Assembly (NCBI GenBank): GCA_963711765.1
Contig: CAVQFC010000002.1
Coordinates: 777,644 to 841,643, forward strand
From: an uncultured Acidobacteriota bacterium
GTDB taxonomy: Bacteria; Acidobacteriota; Vicinamibacteria; Vicinamibacterales; CAVVIG01
DNA: 64,000 nucleotides
Reading direction: 5' to 3'
The position numbers and the translations under genes are program-made. Under the pieces are notes generated by a model. The model had not been told where the DNA came from. It did no database searches and saw only the letters and a list, made by a program, of their open reading frames with translations. Positions 17,949 through 27,427 of this stretch are shown piece after piece; the stretch's first letter is position 1; each line of letters begins with the position of its first letter.

Positions 17949-18743
17949 TCATTCCTCGCCGAGGATCCGCGACGAGCGCAGCCATAAGCCGCCATCGACC
18001 ACCAGCGTCACGCCGTTGACGTACGACGCGGCGTCCGACACCAGATACAGCGTCGCGTTGGCGATGTCGTCGATGGTGCCCAGTCGTCCAACCGGCGATT
18101 GCTTCAACACGCTCTCCAGCGACTTGCCGGTCGTCAGGCGACGCACGCCTTCGGTGTCGGCGATTGGTCCTGGCGCGATGCCGTTGACGCGGATGCGGTG
18201 CGGTCCCCACTCCACCGCCAGCGTCCGCGTCATCGAATCGATGCCCGCTTTTGCGGCCGACGCATGCACCTGGCCGATGGTGCCCAGATACGGAAGCGTC
18301 GCGCTGATGTTGACGACCGATCCCCCCTGCGCTTTCAGGTGCGGAAACGCCGCTCTCGAGACGTTGAAAGTACCCTTGAGATCGATATCGACGACCGTGC
18401 CGAAGCCGTTCGGCGACAGGTTCTCCGCCAGACAAATGAAATTGCCCGCGGCGCCGTTGACCAGGATATCGAGGCGTCCGAGTTCTTTGACGACGCCCGC
18501 GAGAACCGCATCCACGGCCGCAGGATCGCGCACGTCGCCAGCGACTGCGACCGCGCGTACGCCGAACCCCCGCAGTTCGGTCGCGGTCGGATCCAGATGT
18601 TCCTGTTTTCGGCTGGTGATGGCGACGTCGCATCCGTGCGCGGCCAGCGCCAGCGCGATGCCGCGGCAGATGCCGGTCCCGCCGCCGGTGACGAGGGCGA
18701 CGCGCCCCTTGAGGAGGTTGGAATCGAACACGGGCGCCATCAT
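17949..18743 (-). CDS. SDR family oxidoreductase (2,4-dienoyl-CoA reductase-like)
   Basis: 'VALVTGGGTGICRGIA' Rossmann motif and 'HASAAKAGIDSMT'. The ATG overlaps the upstream stop. Confidence 0.85.
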   Translation of the reverse strand: MMAPVFDSNLLKGRVALVTGGGTGICRGIALALAAHGCDVAITSRKQEHLDPTATELRGFGVRAVAVAGDVRDPAAVDAVLAGVVKELGRLDILVNGAAGNFICLAENLSPNGFGTVVDIDLKGTFNVSRAAFPHLKAQGGSVVNISATLPYLGTIGQVHASAAKAGIDSMTRTLAVEWGPHRIRVNGIAPGPIADTEGVRRLTTGKSLESVLKQSPVGRLGTIDDIANATLYLVSDAASYVNGVTLVVDGGLWLRSSRILGEE

Positions 18744-19886
18744 ACCCGCGACTTGAGCGTCTTCAGCACTTCCTCGGTGTGCTCGCCGAGCACGGGAGGC
18801 GGCAGCCGGACGTCGGCGGGAGTCCGCGACAGCCTCACCACCGGCGCGAGCCCATCGATGCGCCCGGTCTCCGGGTGCTGCTGGGTGACGACGAGATCCC
18901 GTCCTGCGACTTGTGGGTGTTCCATCGCTTCCCGCACCGAACGGACGCGACCGCAGGGAACGGTGTGGGCTTCGAGAAGCCGGGTCAACTCGTCCACGGT
19001 GTACGCCTGGAACGACGCTTCGAGCTCGCGCTTCAACGCGATCCGGTTGGCCACCCGATCGGTGTTGGTGCGAAACCGCTCATCGTCTCGCAAGTCGAGG
19101 CGGCCGATCGCCACGCACAACTTCGTCCACAGGCGTGGATTGGCCGCGGCGACGATGATCAGGCCGTCCCGGGCACGCAGGGGTTCGTAAGGCGCAATGG
19201 TCAGGTGGTCGTTGCCCGAGCGAACCGGATCCTTGCCGGTCGCGAACAATACCGATAGTGGCAGGCGCATCACCGACAGCATCGAGTCGAACAGCGCGAT
19301 GTCCACGTGCTGGCCAAGCCCGCTGGTGTGCCGCTCGTGCAGCGCCAGCAGAATGCCCTGCATCGCATTGAGGCCGGCGAGGTAGTCAGTGATGGCGACG
19401 CCGACGCGGGTCGGCTCGCCGTCAGGAAAGCCGGTCATGTCCATGATGCCGGCTTCGCCCTGGATGACGGCATCGTAGCCGGGTAGTTGCGCGCTCGGGT
19501 CCGGTCTGACCGTAGCCGGCGATCGAGCAGTAGATCAGGCGCGGATTCAACGCCGACATCGACGCGTAGTCGAAGCCGAGCTCGGCGAGGCTGCCGGGAC
19601 GGAAGTTTTCGATCAGCACGTCGGCGGTCTCGACCAGGCGGCGCAGCGCCGCCGCGCCTTCGGCGGTCTTGAGATCCAGGGCGACGCTCTTCTTGCTGCG
19701 GTTCAGGGCCAGGAAGAAGCTGCCGGTGCCGCCGATGAACGGCGCCCAGCCCCGCGCATCGTCGCCGTGCTTCGGCTCTTCGATCTTCAGGACCTCGGCG
19801 CCCATGTCGCCGAGCATCATCGTGCAGAACGGTCCGGCCACGACCCGCGTGAGGTCGACGACCCGCAATCCGGTGAGTGGCGCCAT
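18740..19886 (-). pseudogene. family III CoA-transferase (CaiB/BaiF), one frame break
   Basis: The N-terminal 'LTGLRVVDLTRVVAGPFCTMMLGDMGAEVLKIE' is in ORF 19422..19886. 'PGYDAVIQGEAGIMDMTG...' continues in the frame of ORF 18740..19444. The break is near 19485. Confidence 0.8.
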
Positions 19887-19895
19887 GGCGCCAGT

Positions 19896-20534
19896 CTAAC
19901 TGATGGGAACGCGATCGATGGCGGCGTGGACCCCGGCGATCGAGAATGTCGCGATGTGGTCCGCGACCTCTTCGAGATTGGCGCGGGTCGGCGTCATCAC
20001 CAGTCCGAGGCGTTCGGCGATCGGATTCGGGCGGAACGCCAGCGACTGCGCCTGGATGCTGGCGACGCAGCGCAGCACCCGCTGGTCGGATGGCTGGCAG
20101 CCGGTGATCTCGGCGACCAGTCCGGAGAGGTACTCGATGCGCGGCCGCACGCCCTGCTCGACGATGGCGTCGAGCGCGGGCGTCGGTTCGTTCATTTCCC
20201 GCGACACCAGGCGGTGCACGGTGTCGTCCTTCGAGCCGAGCAGGCGCTGCACGAAGATGGTGATGTAGCGCCGCAGTTGTTCTTCCGCGTTCTGGCCCTG
20301 CCCCGCTTCGCGAGCCGCGTCGTTGGTCTCGCGCATGGCGTCGATCGCCGTTTGCAGCACTTCCCGATAGAGTCCGAGCTTGTCGCCGAAGTGATAGTTC
20401 ACGGCGGCGACGTTGGCGCGCGCCTCGTGACAGATCTCGCGCACGGTGACGTCCTTGAAGCCGCGCGCCGCGAACAGCCTCGCCCCGGCCTCGAGCAACC
20501 GCGATCGTGTTTCGAGATCGCGCGACTCGGTCAT
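19896..20534 (-). CDS. TetR/AcrR family transcriptional regulator
   Basis: HTH 'FKDVTVREICHEARANVAAVNYHFGDKLGLY'. It is the last gene of the HlyD-ABC operon. Confidence 0.85.
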   Translation of the reverse strand: MTESRDLETRSRLLEAGARLFAARGFKDVTVREICHEARANVAAVNYHFGDKLGLYREVLQTAIDAMRETNDAAREAGQGQNAEEQLRRYITIFVQRLLGSKDDTVHRLVSREMNEPTPALDAIVEQGVRPRIEYLSGLVAEITGCQPSDQRVLRCVASIQAQSLAFRPNPIAERLGLVMTPTRANLEEVADHIATFSIAGVHAAIDRVPIS

Positions 20535-21640
20535 AGCGTCCGCTTGAACAGGAAGGTCGCGGCGGTCATCGCGACCATCGAGAACAACGTCAGAAACATC
20601 AGGTCGTAGGAGATGGCGCCGAACCCGGTATTCTTCAGCAGCAGGCTCTTGAAGGCGTGGACCGCGTAGGTGAAGGGATCGGCGACCGCGATCACCTGCA
20701 TCCAGCCCGGGAATCCCTGCTGCGGATAGACCGCGCCGCTCGGGAAATAGAGCACGGTATTGAGCACGCCGAACATCGCGCGCGGCAGCAGCGGATCGGT
20801 CACCCGCACCATCAGCAGGAACATCAGGCTGATCAGGGCAAAGGCGGTGACGGTCACCACCACCAGCATCCGCATCAGGCGGAACGGATCGAGCGGATGC
20901 GGGATGCCGGCGATGAACGAGCCGATGATGGTCAGGAACATGCCGGCGATCACCGCCTTGATCGTCCCGGAGATGTTGAAGCCGGCGATCAGCTCGAGCT
21001 TCTTGATCGGCGTCACCAGGTAGCCTTCGTGCAGCCCGCGCGCCTTGTCGTCGATGAAGATGATGCCGCCGCCGATCATCACCATCATGAAGATGGACAT
21101 CACGACCGATCCCGGCAGCAGGTACTGCATGTACGGCACGTAGGGGTAGACCTCGACGACGTCGAGCGTGGCCTGCCCGGGCACGCGAGGTGTACGCGCC
21201 GGATTGAAGCCGGTCAGCATCGAGCCCAGCGTCGCCGCCAGCGCGCTCGAGACGAAGCTGTCGGTGTTGTCTTCGATCAGCGCGATCTTCGGTTCGTTCT
21301 TGGCCAGCACGCGCCGGGAGAAATCCGGCGGAATGGTCAGGATGCCGTTGACCCGGCCGTTGCGCAGATCGGTCAGCGCCGCGCCCTGATCCACGTACTC
21401 GAACGTGTCGATGGTGCGGGCGCCCGACGAGATCGCCGATGCCAGCTCGCGGATCTTCACCGCCGGCACGCTGTGGTCCTGATCGACCACTGCCAGCTTG
21501 AGGTGCTTGACGTTGCCGCCGAAGGCGTAGCCGAGCACGACCAGCTGCATGATCGGCATGACCATCGTCATCACGATCAGGATCGGGCTGCGGCGGAAAC
21601 GGCGCAGTTCGCGTTCGATGATTGCCCAGGTGCGTCCCAT
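20531..21640 (-). CDS. ABC-2 type transporter permease
   Basis: 369 aa, with an N-terminal TM, a large loop and five C-terminal TMs. It overlaps both neighbours. Confidence 0.85.
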   Translation of the reverse strand: MGRTWAIIERELRRFRRSPILIVMTMVMPIMQLVVLGYAFGGNVKHLKLAVVDQDHSVPAVKIRELASAISSGARTIDTFEYVDQGAALTDLRNGRVNGILTIPPDFSRRVLAKNEPKIALIEDNTDSFVSSALAATLGSMLTGFNPARTPRVPGQATLDVVEVYPYVPYMQYLLPGSVVMSIFMMVMIGGGIIFIDDKARGLHEGYLVTPIKKLELIAGFNISGTIKAVIAGMFLTIIGSFIAGIPHPLDPFRLMRMLVVVTVTAFALISLMFLLMVRVTDPLLPRAMFGVLNTVLYFPSGAVYPQQGFPGWMQVIAVADPFTYAVHAFKSLLLKNTGFGAISYDLMFLTLFSMVAMTAATFLFKRTL

Positions 21641-21641
21641 G

Positions 21642-22634
21642 TCAGGCTCGCCTCATGACCGGCCCGGTTTCGAGCGGGTTGGCCGCCTGCAGCGCGTCGC
21701 GCAGCGCGCGGCCGGTGTAGTGAACGAACACGTCGTCGAGCGTCGTGCTCTGAACCGACAGCGCAATGACGGTGACGTCGGCGGCGGCCGCCATTTCCAT
21801 CAGCGCCAGCGTCGTCTTCGGGCCGTTGCCGGTTGCGATCGCGGAAGATGTTCTCGTGCGCCGACACCGATTCGACCTCGGGCAGTCGGCGCAGCCGCTC
21901 TTCCCAGTCGGCCGGCGTCGTCGGCGAAAGCGACTTCGAGCGAGTTCTTGCCGGGGATCGACGCCTTCAGTTTGAGCGGCGAATCGAGCGCCTTCAACTC
22001 GCCGTGATCGACGATCGCGATGCGGTCGCACAGCTTGTCGGCTTCGTCCATGTAGTGCGTCGTGATCAGAATCGTCAGGTCGCGTTCGCGCTTGATCTTC
22101 TCGAGCATTTCCCAGACGTTGACGCGCGACACGGGATCGAGACCGGTGGTCGGCTCGTCGAGGAAGAAAATGCGCGGCTCGTGCACCAGCCCGCGCGCGA
22201 TCTCGACGCGGCGGCGCATGCCGCCGGAGAGATTCTTGACCTGCGCGTCGCGCCACTGCGTCAACTCGACCGATTCGAGCAGGTCGTTGATGAGGCGCAT
22301 CGCGCTTCTGACGCGGCACACCGTAGAGCTTGGCGAAGATGATCAGGTTCTCCTCGACGCTCAGCTCGAGATCGCTGGTCATCGCCTGCGGAATCACGCC
22401 GATCGAGTGGCGCACCCCGTCCGATTCCTTCACGACGTCGAAGCCGTTGATGAGCGCCGTGCCGGTGGTCGGCGCCAGCAGCGTGACGAGCATCCGGATC
22501 AGCGTCGACTTGCCGGCGCCATTAGGGCCGAGCAGGCCGAAGATCTCCCCTTCGTCAACCTGGAAGGTGATTCCCTTGACGGCGGTGAAGTCGCCGAATT
22601 TCTTGACGATGTTGCGGACGTCGATGGCGTACAT
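21642..22634 (-). pseudogene. ABC transporter ATP-binding protein, three frame breaks
   Basis: Walker A 'GPNGAGKSTL' is in one frame. '[15 protein letters not shown]...[12 protein letters not shown]' is in a second. '[24 protein letters not shown]' is in a third. The tail '[15 protein letters not shown]...' returns to the first. Breaks lie near 22308, 21920 and 21845. Confidence 0.8.
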
Positions 22635-22649
22635 CAGCTGGGGTCTGCG

Positions 22650-23696
22650 CTAGGAAGCGGGCATCATGACGTAGGCGGTCATGCCGACCGCGAGTTTGCG
22701 ATCCGAGTTGTCCACTCTGAGGCGAATCTCGAAGGTCTTGATGTCGCGCTTGGTGCGGCTGACGTCGCGCTGGGTCGCGAACCCGGCATCGGCGCCGCGA
22801 TAGAAAATCGTGCCCTGACGCTCGACCCCTGACGGCAGGCGGACGGTCAGCTTGTCGCCCATGCGAAGGCGATCGATGTAGCTCTCTTCGACGTCAGCCC
22901 GCACCCACAGATCGTCTTCGTTGATCAGCGTCACGACCGGCTGGCCCGAGACGACGACCTCGCCGACGCGGGCGGCCCGCACGTCCACGATGCCGGCGAT
23001 CGGCGCGTGGAGCTCGGTGTACTTCAGCCGGACGTCGGCCTTCGTCTGCTGGGCCGATGCCGCGGCCTGCATGTGCTCGTTGGTCTGCACCTGGCTGCGC
23101 TTGACCGCCGTCTGCTCCGCCGTAGAGCGCGCGAGCGCGACGGCAGCCCGCTGGGCTTCCACCTGGCGCTTCAGTCCGTCCAGCTTGGCCTGAGCGGAAC
23201 TGGCCGCCGTCCGTGCCTGATCCAGCTCCTGCTGCGAGACGACCTTCTGCTGCGACAGATTCTGCGTGCGGGCGTACTGGAGCTTCAGGTTCTCGAGATC
23301 CGACGTCGCCGCCTCGACCTGGGCTTCCGTCGACGCCAGCATCGATTCCGCCTGGCGAATCTGGTCACGCGTCTGCTGCTCCTGGAATCGGAGCGCGGCT
23401 TCCGACTCCCGAACCTGCGACGACAGACCCTGCACGTTCTGCGCGAAATACGTGGTGTCGGCGCGCAACTCGTCAGGCGTGAGGACGGCGATCAGCTGAT
23501 CCTTCTTCACTTGGTCGCCCTCGGCGACGAGCAGCTGGCTGATCTGCCCGGCAATCTGGGGGCTGACGATGACGTCGTTGGTGGTGACGATACCGGTCAG
23601 CATCACCGGCGCGGTCGGCAAATGGAGATAGACGTAGGTTCCGCCACCAATGGCGAGGGCAAGAACCAGCAGAAAAATGGCGCGTTTAGGCTTCAT
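22650..23696 (-). CDS. HlyD-family membrane fusion protein
   Basis: N-terminal TM, long coiled-coil and a beta-barrel/lipoyl-type C-terminus, placed upstream of the ABC genes. Confidence 0.85.
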   Translation of the reverse strand: MKPKRAIFLLVLALAIGGGTYVYLHLPTAPVMLTGIVTTNDVIVSPQIAGQISQLLVAEGDQVKKDQLIAVLTPDELRADTTYFAQNVQGLSSQVRESEAALRFQEQQTRDQIRQAESMLASTEAQVEAATSDLENLKLQYARTQNLSQQKVVSQQELDQARTAASSAQAKLDGLKRQVEAQRAAVALARSTAEQTAVKRSQVQTNEHMQAAASAQQTKADVRLKYTELHAPIAGIVDVRAARVGEVVVSGQPVVTLINEDDLWVRADVEESYIDRLRMGDKLTVRLPSGVERQGTIFYRGADAGFATQRDVSRTKRDIKTFEIRLRVDNSDRKLAVGMTAYVMMPAS

Positions 23697-23719
23697 AGCG
23701 TAGGCTCAGTCGCGGAACA

Positions 23720-23759
23720 GTCAAACATATGTATAAAACACTTGTTTGACCCCTGTCAA
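23720..23759 (-). promoter_or_regulatory. candidate promoter plus palindromic operator of the hlyD-ABC-tetR operon
   Basis: Read on the minus strand: TTGACA (23754-23759), an 18-nt spacer, then TATACA (23730-23735). An inverted repeat GTCAAACA-N15-TGTTTGAC (23720-23727 / 23743-23750) overlaps it. The hlyD ATG is at 23696. Confidence 0.4.
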
Positions 23760-23776
23760 CGTGGCTTTGCCACATA

Positions 23777-23830
23777 GGCGGCCCTGAAAGGGCCGCCCTA
23801 CATGTGTGGGGCGGGCCTTTCAGGCCCGCC
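23777..23830. repeat. REP-like hairpin pair
   Basis: ggcggccctgaaagggccgcc (23777-23797) and ggcgggcctttcaggcccgcc (23810-23830), immediately downstream of the SGNH gene stop. Confidence 0.7.
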
Positions 23831-23835
23831 AATGC

Positions 23836-24993
23836 TCACCGTCGCCAGACCGGCGAAAAGGTCTGCAGAATCTCCTGAGCCGCCCGCCGGTTGGCCATGG
23901 CGTTCGGGTGCGCGTCGAACTGACTCACCCACATCGTCCGCGGATCCTTGATTTTCGAGAACGCCGGCAGGAGATCGACGCAGGGAATCGATTCGTCGGT
24001 GCAAATCGTCCGGACTCGATCGTGGAGGTAGCCGAACGGGTACGAGCCATCAGGTCCCATCGCATCGGCGGCGGGAAACAAGACGATGCCGCACGGCACG
24101 CCGGCGTGACGCACGGCGTTCACGAACGCGTGAATCGCCGCGACCGACTGCTGCGCGTTCGGCGAGGCCGGATCCTTCAGGTTGCGCGACAAATATTGCT
24201 CGTAGCTGTCGACGATCCCGAGTTGCGACTGCAGCAGGGAAAACTGCAGGTTGAGCAGGTCGTAGAAGAGCGACGACTCTTCGAGGTCGCGGTGCAGTGA
24301 CGGCGGCAGCAGCGGATACGGGCGCGGGCGCTCCATTTGCGGCGTTTCGAAGTCATTGACATAGAGCTGCAGCAGGATGAAATCGGGCGCGGTCGGCAAC
24401 ACCTGCTTGAGCTGCTCGAGGTGGTCGGGCGTTCCGGGCTGACCGAAGTTGAAGACCTCGTAGCGCTGACCGAGCAGCCCGCCGACGACGTCGGAGAATC
24501 GCTCGCTCGCCTCGATGCCCTGTCCCCAGGAGAACGAATCGCCGACCACGGCGATGCGGTAGCGCTCGGGATTCTTCGGCGGAATTTCGCGGTCGCGAAA
24601 ACCGAGCCTGTTGTTGACGACCGGAGGCCCGCCGCCGTGGCGCGCGACAAAATCTCCGGCATTGCCGCTCGAGTGCTGCTGGCGATACACGAAACGAAGC
24701 ACGTACTCCGCGCCGATCACCGCGAGGATGATCACCAGCGCGCGAAAGGCGACCCGAAGCGCCAGTTCCGGCGCCGCGGAGGCCGGACGCCTGGAAACGA
24801 TCCTGCCGGCGATCACGCCGAGGACCGCGAGCAGAAACGCGGCATCGAGGGCCAGGTCGTGTGGCTGCAGCCAGGCGACGCCGTACTGATCGCGAAGCAC
24901 CAGCAGCGCCCAGGCGACGACCGCCAGGGCTTCACAGACGCGGGCGAACAGGCGTGCCGCCGGCCACGGGACCGCTGGCGTTTCAGGCGCCAA
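23836..24993 (-). CDS. membrane-anchored SGNH/GDSL-type hydrolase or acyltransferase
   Basis: Three N-terminal hydrophobic helices. Block I is 'RIAVVGDSFSWGQG', block III 'LQLYVNDFE' and block V 'SQFDAHPN'. Confidence 0.75.
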   Translation of the reverse strand: MAPETPAVPWPAARLFARVCEALAVVAWALLVLRDQYGVAWLQPHDLALDAAFLLAVLGVIAGRIVSRRPASAAPELALRVAFRALVIILAVIGAEYVLRFVYRQQHSSGNAGDFVARHGGGPPVVNNRLGFRDREIPPKNPERYRIAVVGDSFSWGQGIEASERFSDVVGGLLGQRYEVFNFGQPGTPDHLEQLKQVLPTAPDFILLQLYVNDFETPQMERPRPYPLLPPSLHRDLEESSLFYDLLNLQFSLLQSQLGIVDSYEQYLSRNLKDPASPNAQQSVAAIHAFVNAVRHAGVPCGIVLFPAADAMGPDGSYPFGYLHDRVRTICTDESIPCVDLLPAFSKIKDPRTMWVSQFDAHPNAMANRRAAQEILQTFSPVWRR

Positions 24994-25903
24994 GCTTCTT
25001 GACCGCTTCGGAGAGGCAAATCAGTTCGCCGTCCTCGTCGCGACGCATCTCGTAGCGCAACGCCACGCGCGAGGCATCGTCCTGCCGCTGGAACACGAAC
25101 ACGCGCGTCCGAATGCTGTCGCTGGTCGAGACATTGCCGAAGTAGGCGATGCGGCGGTGCTCCACGCCGCGGCCGGCGATCGCCTGGTTCGCAAACAGTC
25201 CCGCGGCGACCATCGCCGCGCGCTCCGCCCGATCCATGACGGTGACGTAGTTGGCAAAGTAGAACAGCCCGGCGCCGTTGGTGTCGCGATCGATGTCGAT
25301 GGCGTAGACGCTTTCGTGTCCATCGAGTGGAGTGACCGCGATCCACGGGTCGCTGGTCAGCCCCAGGGTGCCCATCTCGCGTGCGAGCCGGGTCAACTGG
25401 TAGGGGTTGTCGTCGTTGGGGAGCGCAGCGATCCGGGAGAAGTCGATCCCCGCCGGACTCGCGACCTTCAGCCGGCTGTTGCCGGTCTCCGGAGTGATGA
25501 AGATGGTCGCCATGCGCACAAACGGATGCGCTCGCGCAGCCTCGTCCGACAGTGACGTCGGCTCGGTCGAGAGCCAGCCGGCGAGCCGGTCCTCGCGATC
25601 GAAGAGGATCTTGGTTTCGACCGAGATGCCCTTGTAAGCACGCAGGAACGCCGCGAACGTGAGCCGATCGTCGAGCTGAAACGCGTCGGGCCTGGCGTGG
25701 TCGGGGAAGCGCTCTTCGACGAAGTAGAACGTGGCGTACACCTCATGGCCACTGGCCGTGCGAAGAGCCGAGAGCGGCGTGCCGATAGCGCGCGCGAGCG
25801 AGGTCCAGTGGTAATGGCCGACCCACTGCAGCAGCAGGTGCTCTGCCAGGCCGAGGTGGTTGGTATGCGGCAGGCCGAGGACGAGCTCGTACTGATTCAT
25901 CAT
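24983..25903 (-). CDS. LnmK-like double-hotdog protein (putative acyltransferase/decarboxylase, Pnap_2097-like)
   Basis: 306 aa. The N-terminus 'LGLPHTNHLGLAEHLLLQWVGHYHWTSLARAIG' resembles the LnmK / TIGR04099 family signature as I remember it. The size fits two hotdog halves. Assignment is from memory only. Confidence 0.55.
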   Translation of the reverse strand: MMNQYELVLGLPHTNHLGLAEHLLLQWVGHYHWTSLARAIGTPLSALRTASGHEVYATFYFVEERFPDHARPDAFQLDDRLTFAAFLRAYKGISVETKILFDREDRLAGWLSTEPTSLSDEAARAHPFVRMATIFITPETGNSRLKVASPAGIDFSRIAALPNDDNPYQLTRLAREMGTLGLTSDPWIAVTPLDGHESVYAIDIDRDTNGAGLFYFANYVTVMDRAERAAMVAAGLFANQAIAGRGVEHRRIAYFGNVSTSDSIRTRVFVFQRQDDASRVALRYEMRRDEDGELICLSEAVKKLGA

Positions 25904-26160
25904 CCCTCGCCCGAACTGCCGGAGACGCTCTGCACCAGGCCCGCGATCTTGCGCACGGTGTCGAAGTCACGCACTTCGTGGGCGTTGGTATCGATCTCGA
26001 TCCCGAACGTGTCTTCCAGAAAGGCGATCAGTTCGAGCACCCCGAACGAATCCACGATGCCGCTCGAAAACAACGGTGTGTCATCGTCGAAGGCCCGACC
26101 GCTGCGGCGGGGACGAAACTTGGTCTCGACGAACTCGCGGACTTTTTCATCGATGGGCAT
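25900..26160 (-). CDS. acyl/peptidyl carrier protein (DltC-like)
   Basis: 86 aa with the phosphopantetheine-site motif 'SSGIVDSFGVLELIAFLE'. GAGGGAG RBS upstream. Its stop overlaps the downstream ATG (ATGA at 25900-25903). Confidence 0.8.
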   Translation of the reverse strand: MPIDEKVREFVETKFRPRRSGRAFDDDTPLFSSGIVDSFGVLELIAFLEDTFGIEIDTNAHEVRDFDTVRKIAGLVQSVSGSSGEG

Positions 26161-26174
26161 GGCGCTCCCTCATT

Positions 26175-27333
26175 CTAGTTGACGAGCATCAGCCGCAGCA
26201 CTCGCTCCGCATCGCGAAGGTCGAGCCGGAAGAACACCCAGCCGATCGTGACGAGGATGAACGTGAAGCCCATTCCGGCGATCGAGACCACCCGCGACTG
26301 ATAGAAGCGGCTCGATGCAATTCGATCCGGCAGCGCCAGCTTGTAAAAGTGAAATGCGGTCACACAGCAGGCCGTGATAGACGCCCCACACCAGGAAATT
26401 CAGCGACAGCCCATGCCAGGCGCCGACCACCAGGAAGGTCGCGAGGTAACTCGTCGCCGCGATGGCGCCGGGGTTGGCCTTGAGCCTGGTCTTGAACAGC
26501 TGCCTGCCCGTGTTCGTAAACACGTAGTCGCGCACCCAGAACGAGAGGCTCATGTGCCAGCGGTTCCAGAAATCCTGGATGTTCGAGCTGAAGTACGGCC
26601 AGTTGAAATTCTCGGGGACTCGAATGCCCATCAGGCGTGATACACCGATCGCGAAGTCGGAATACGCGCTGAAATCGAGGTAGAGCGACAGTGAGTACGC
26701 GAACATCGCTTCCCACGCCTGGCCGGTTGTCGTCGCCGCCGTAACGCCTGCCGACGCCCGGGCCAGCGGGTCGGCGAACAAGCCCTTCTTGATCAGACCG
26801 GACAGAATGCGGAAACAGCCGTGATAGACGTCGACCGACGAGCAGCCAGCGTCTGCAACCGACGCGGTGAACTCGTTGAAGCGCTTGATCGGGCCGGCGA
26901 CGCGGCACGGAAAGAACAGCGCGAACGCCGCGAAATCAACGAACGACGCCTGACGAATCCGGCCGCGACTGCTCTCGACGGCATAGTGAATCAACTCGAG
27001 CGCCAGGTACGAGAAACCGAGCGGTACCAGGACGCTGCCGCCCTGAAGATCGACCGCGGCGGCGGAGGCTGTCGCGGCGAGGCCGGCCGGGCGTTTGAAG
27101 TAGGCGAGCAGGGCGCCGATGACGAGAATCACGATCCACTTGCGTCGTCCGGCCGCGGCCAGGTACGTGAAAAGGATGGCGGCGGCGACGAAGATGAGCG
27201 CCAGCGGCGCATAGAGCAGGTAGAAGACGATGCTCCAGCCCACGAGCGCGTGCGCGCGCAGTCTCGCCGGCGTCACCGCGAACGTGATCCAGCAGAGCAC
27301 GGTGACGAGCACGAATCGCGGCTCGATGAACAC
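26175..27333 (-). pseudogene. MBOAT family O-acyltransferase (AlgI/DltB-like), one frame break near the 3' end
   Basis: 'DFWNRWHMSLSFWVRDYVF' and 'VVGAWHGLS' carry the conserved His motifs. The frame switches near 26365, from 'VYHGLL' to 'VTAFHFYKLALPD...RLMLVN*' (ORF 26175..26363). GTG start at 27333. Confidence 0.8.
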
Positions 27334-27341
27334 TTTGGGAG

Positions 27342-27425
27342 GTTAGAACTCTGAAGTTAGAACTTTGAAGTTAGAAGTCTGAAATTTGAAGTCTGAAATC
27401 CGAAGTGCGAAATCTGAACTCTGAA
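27342..27425. repeat. six tandem 14-bp units (two heptamers each), AT-rich
   Basis: The six units are gttagaactctgaa, gttagaactttgaa, gttagaagtctgaa, atttgaagtctgaa, atccgaagtgcgaa and atctgaactctgaa. On the minus strand they read (TTCAGAN TTCTAAC)-type heptamers. Confidence 0.8.
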
Positions 27426-27427
27426 AT

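Noticed and set aside
27342-27425. Possible CRISPR array (also considered for 13364-13442 and 14432-14476)
   Set aside because: The units are 7/14 bp and directly abutting with no spacers. There are no cas genes, and the repeats are far shorter than CRISPR repeats.
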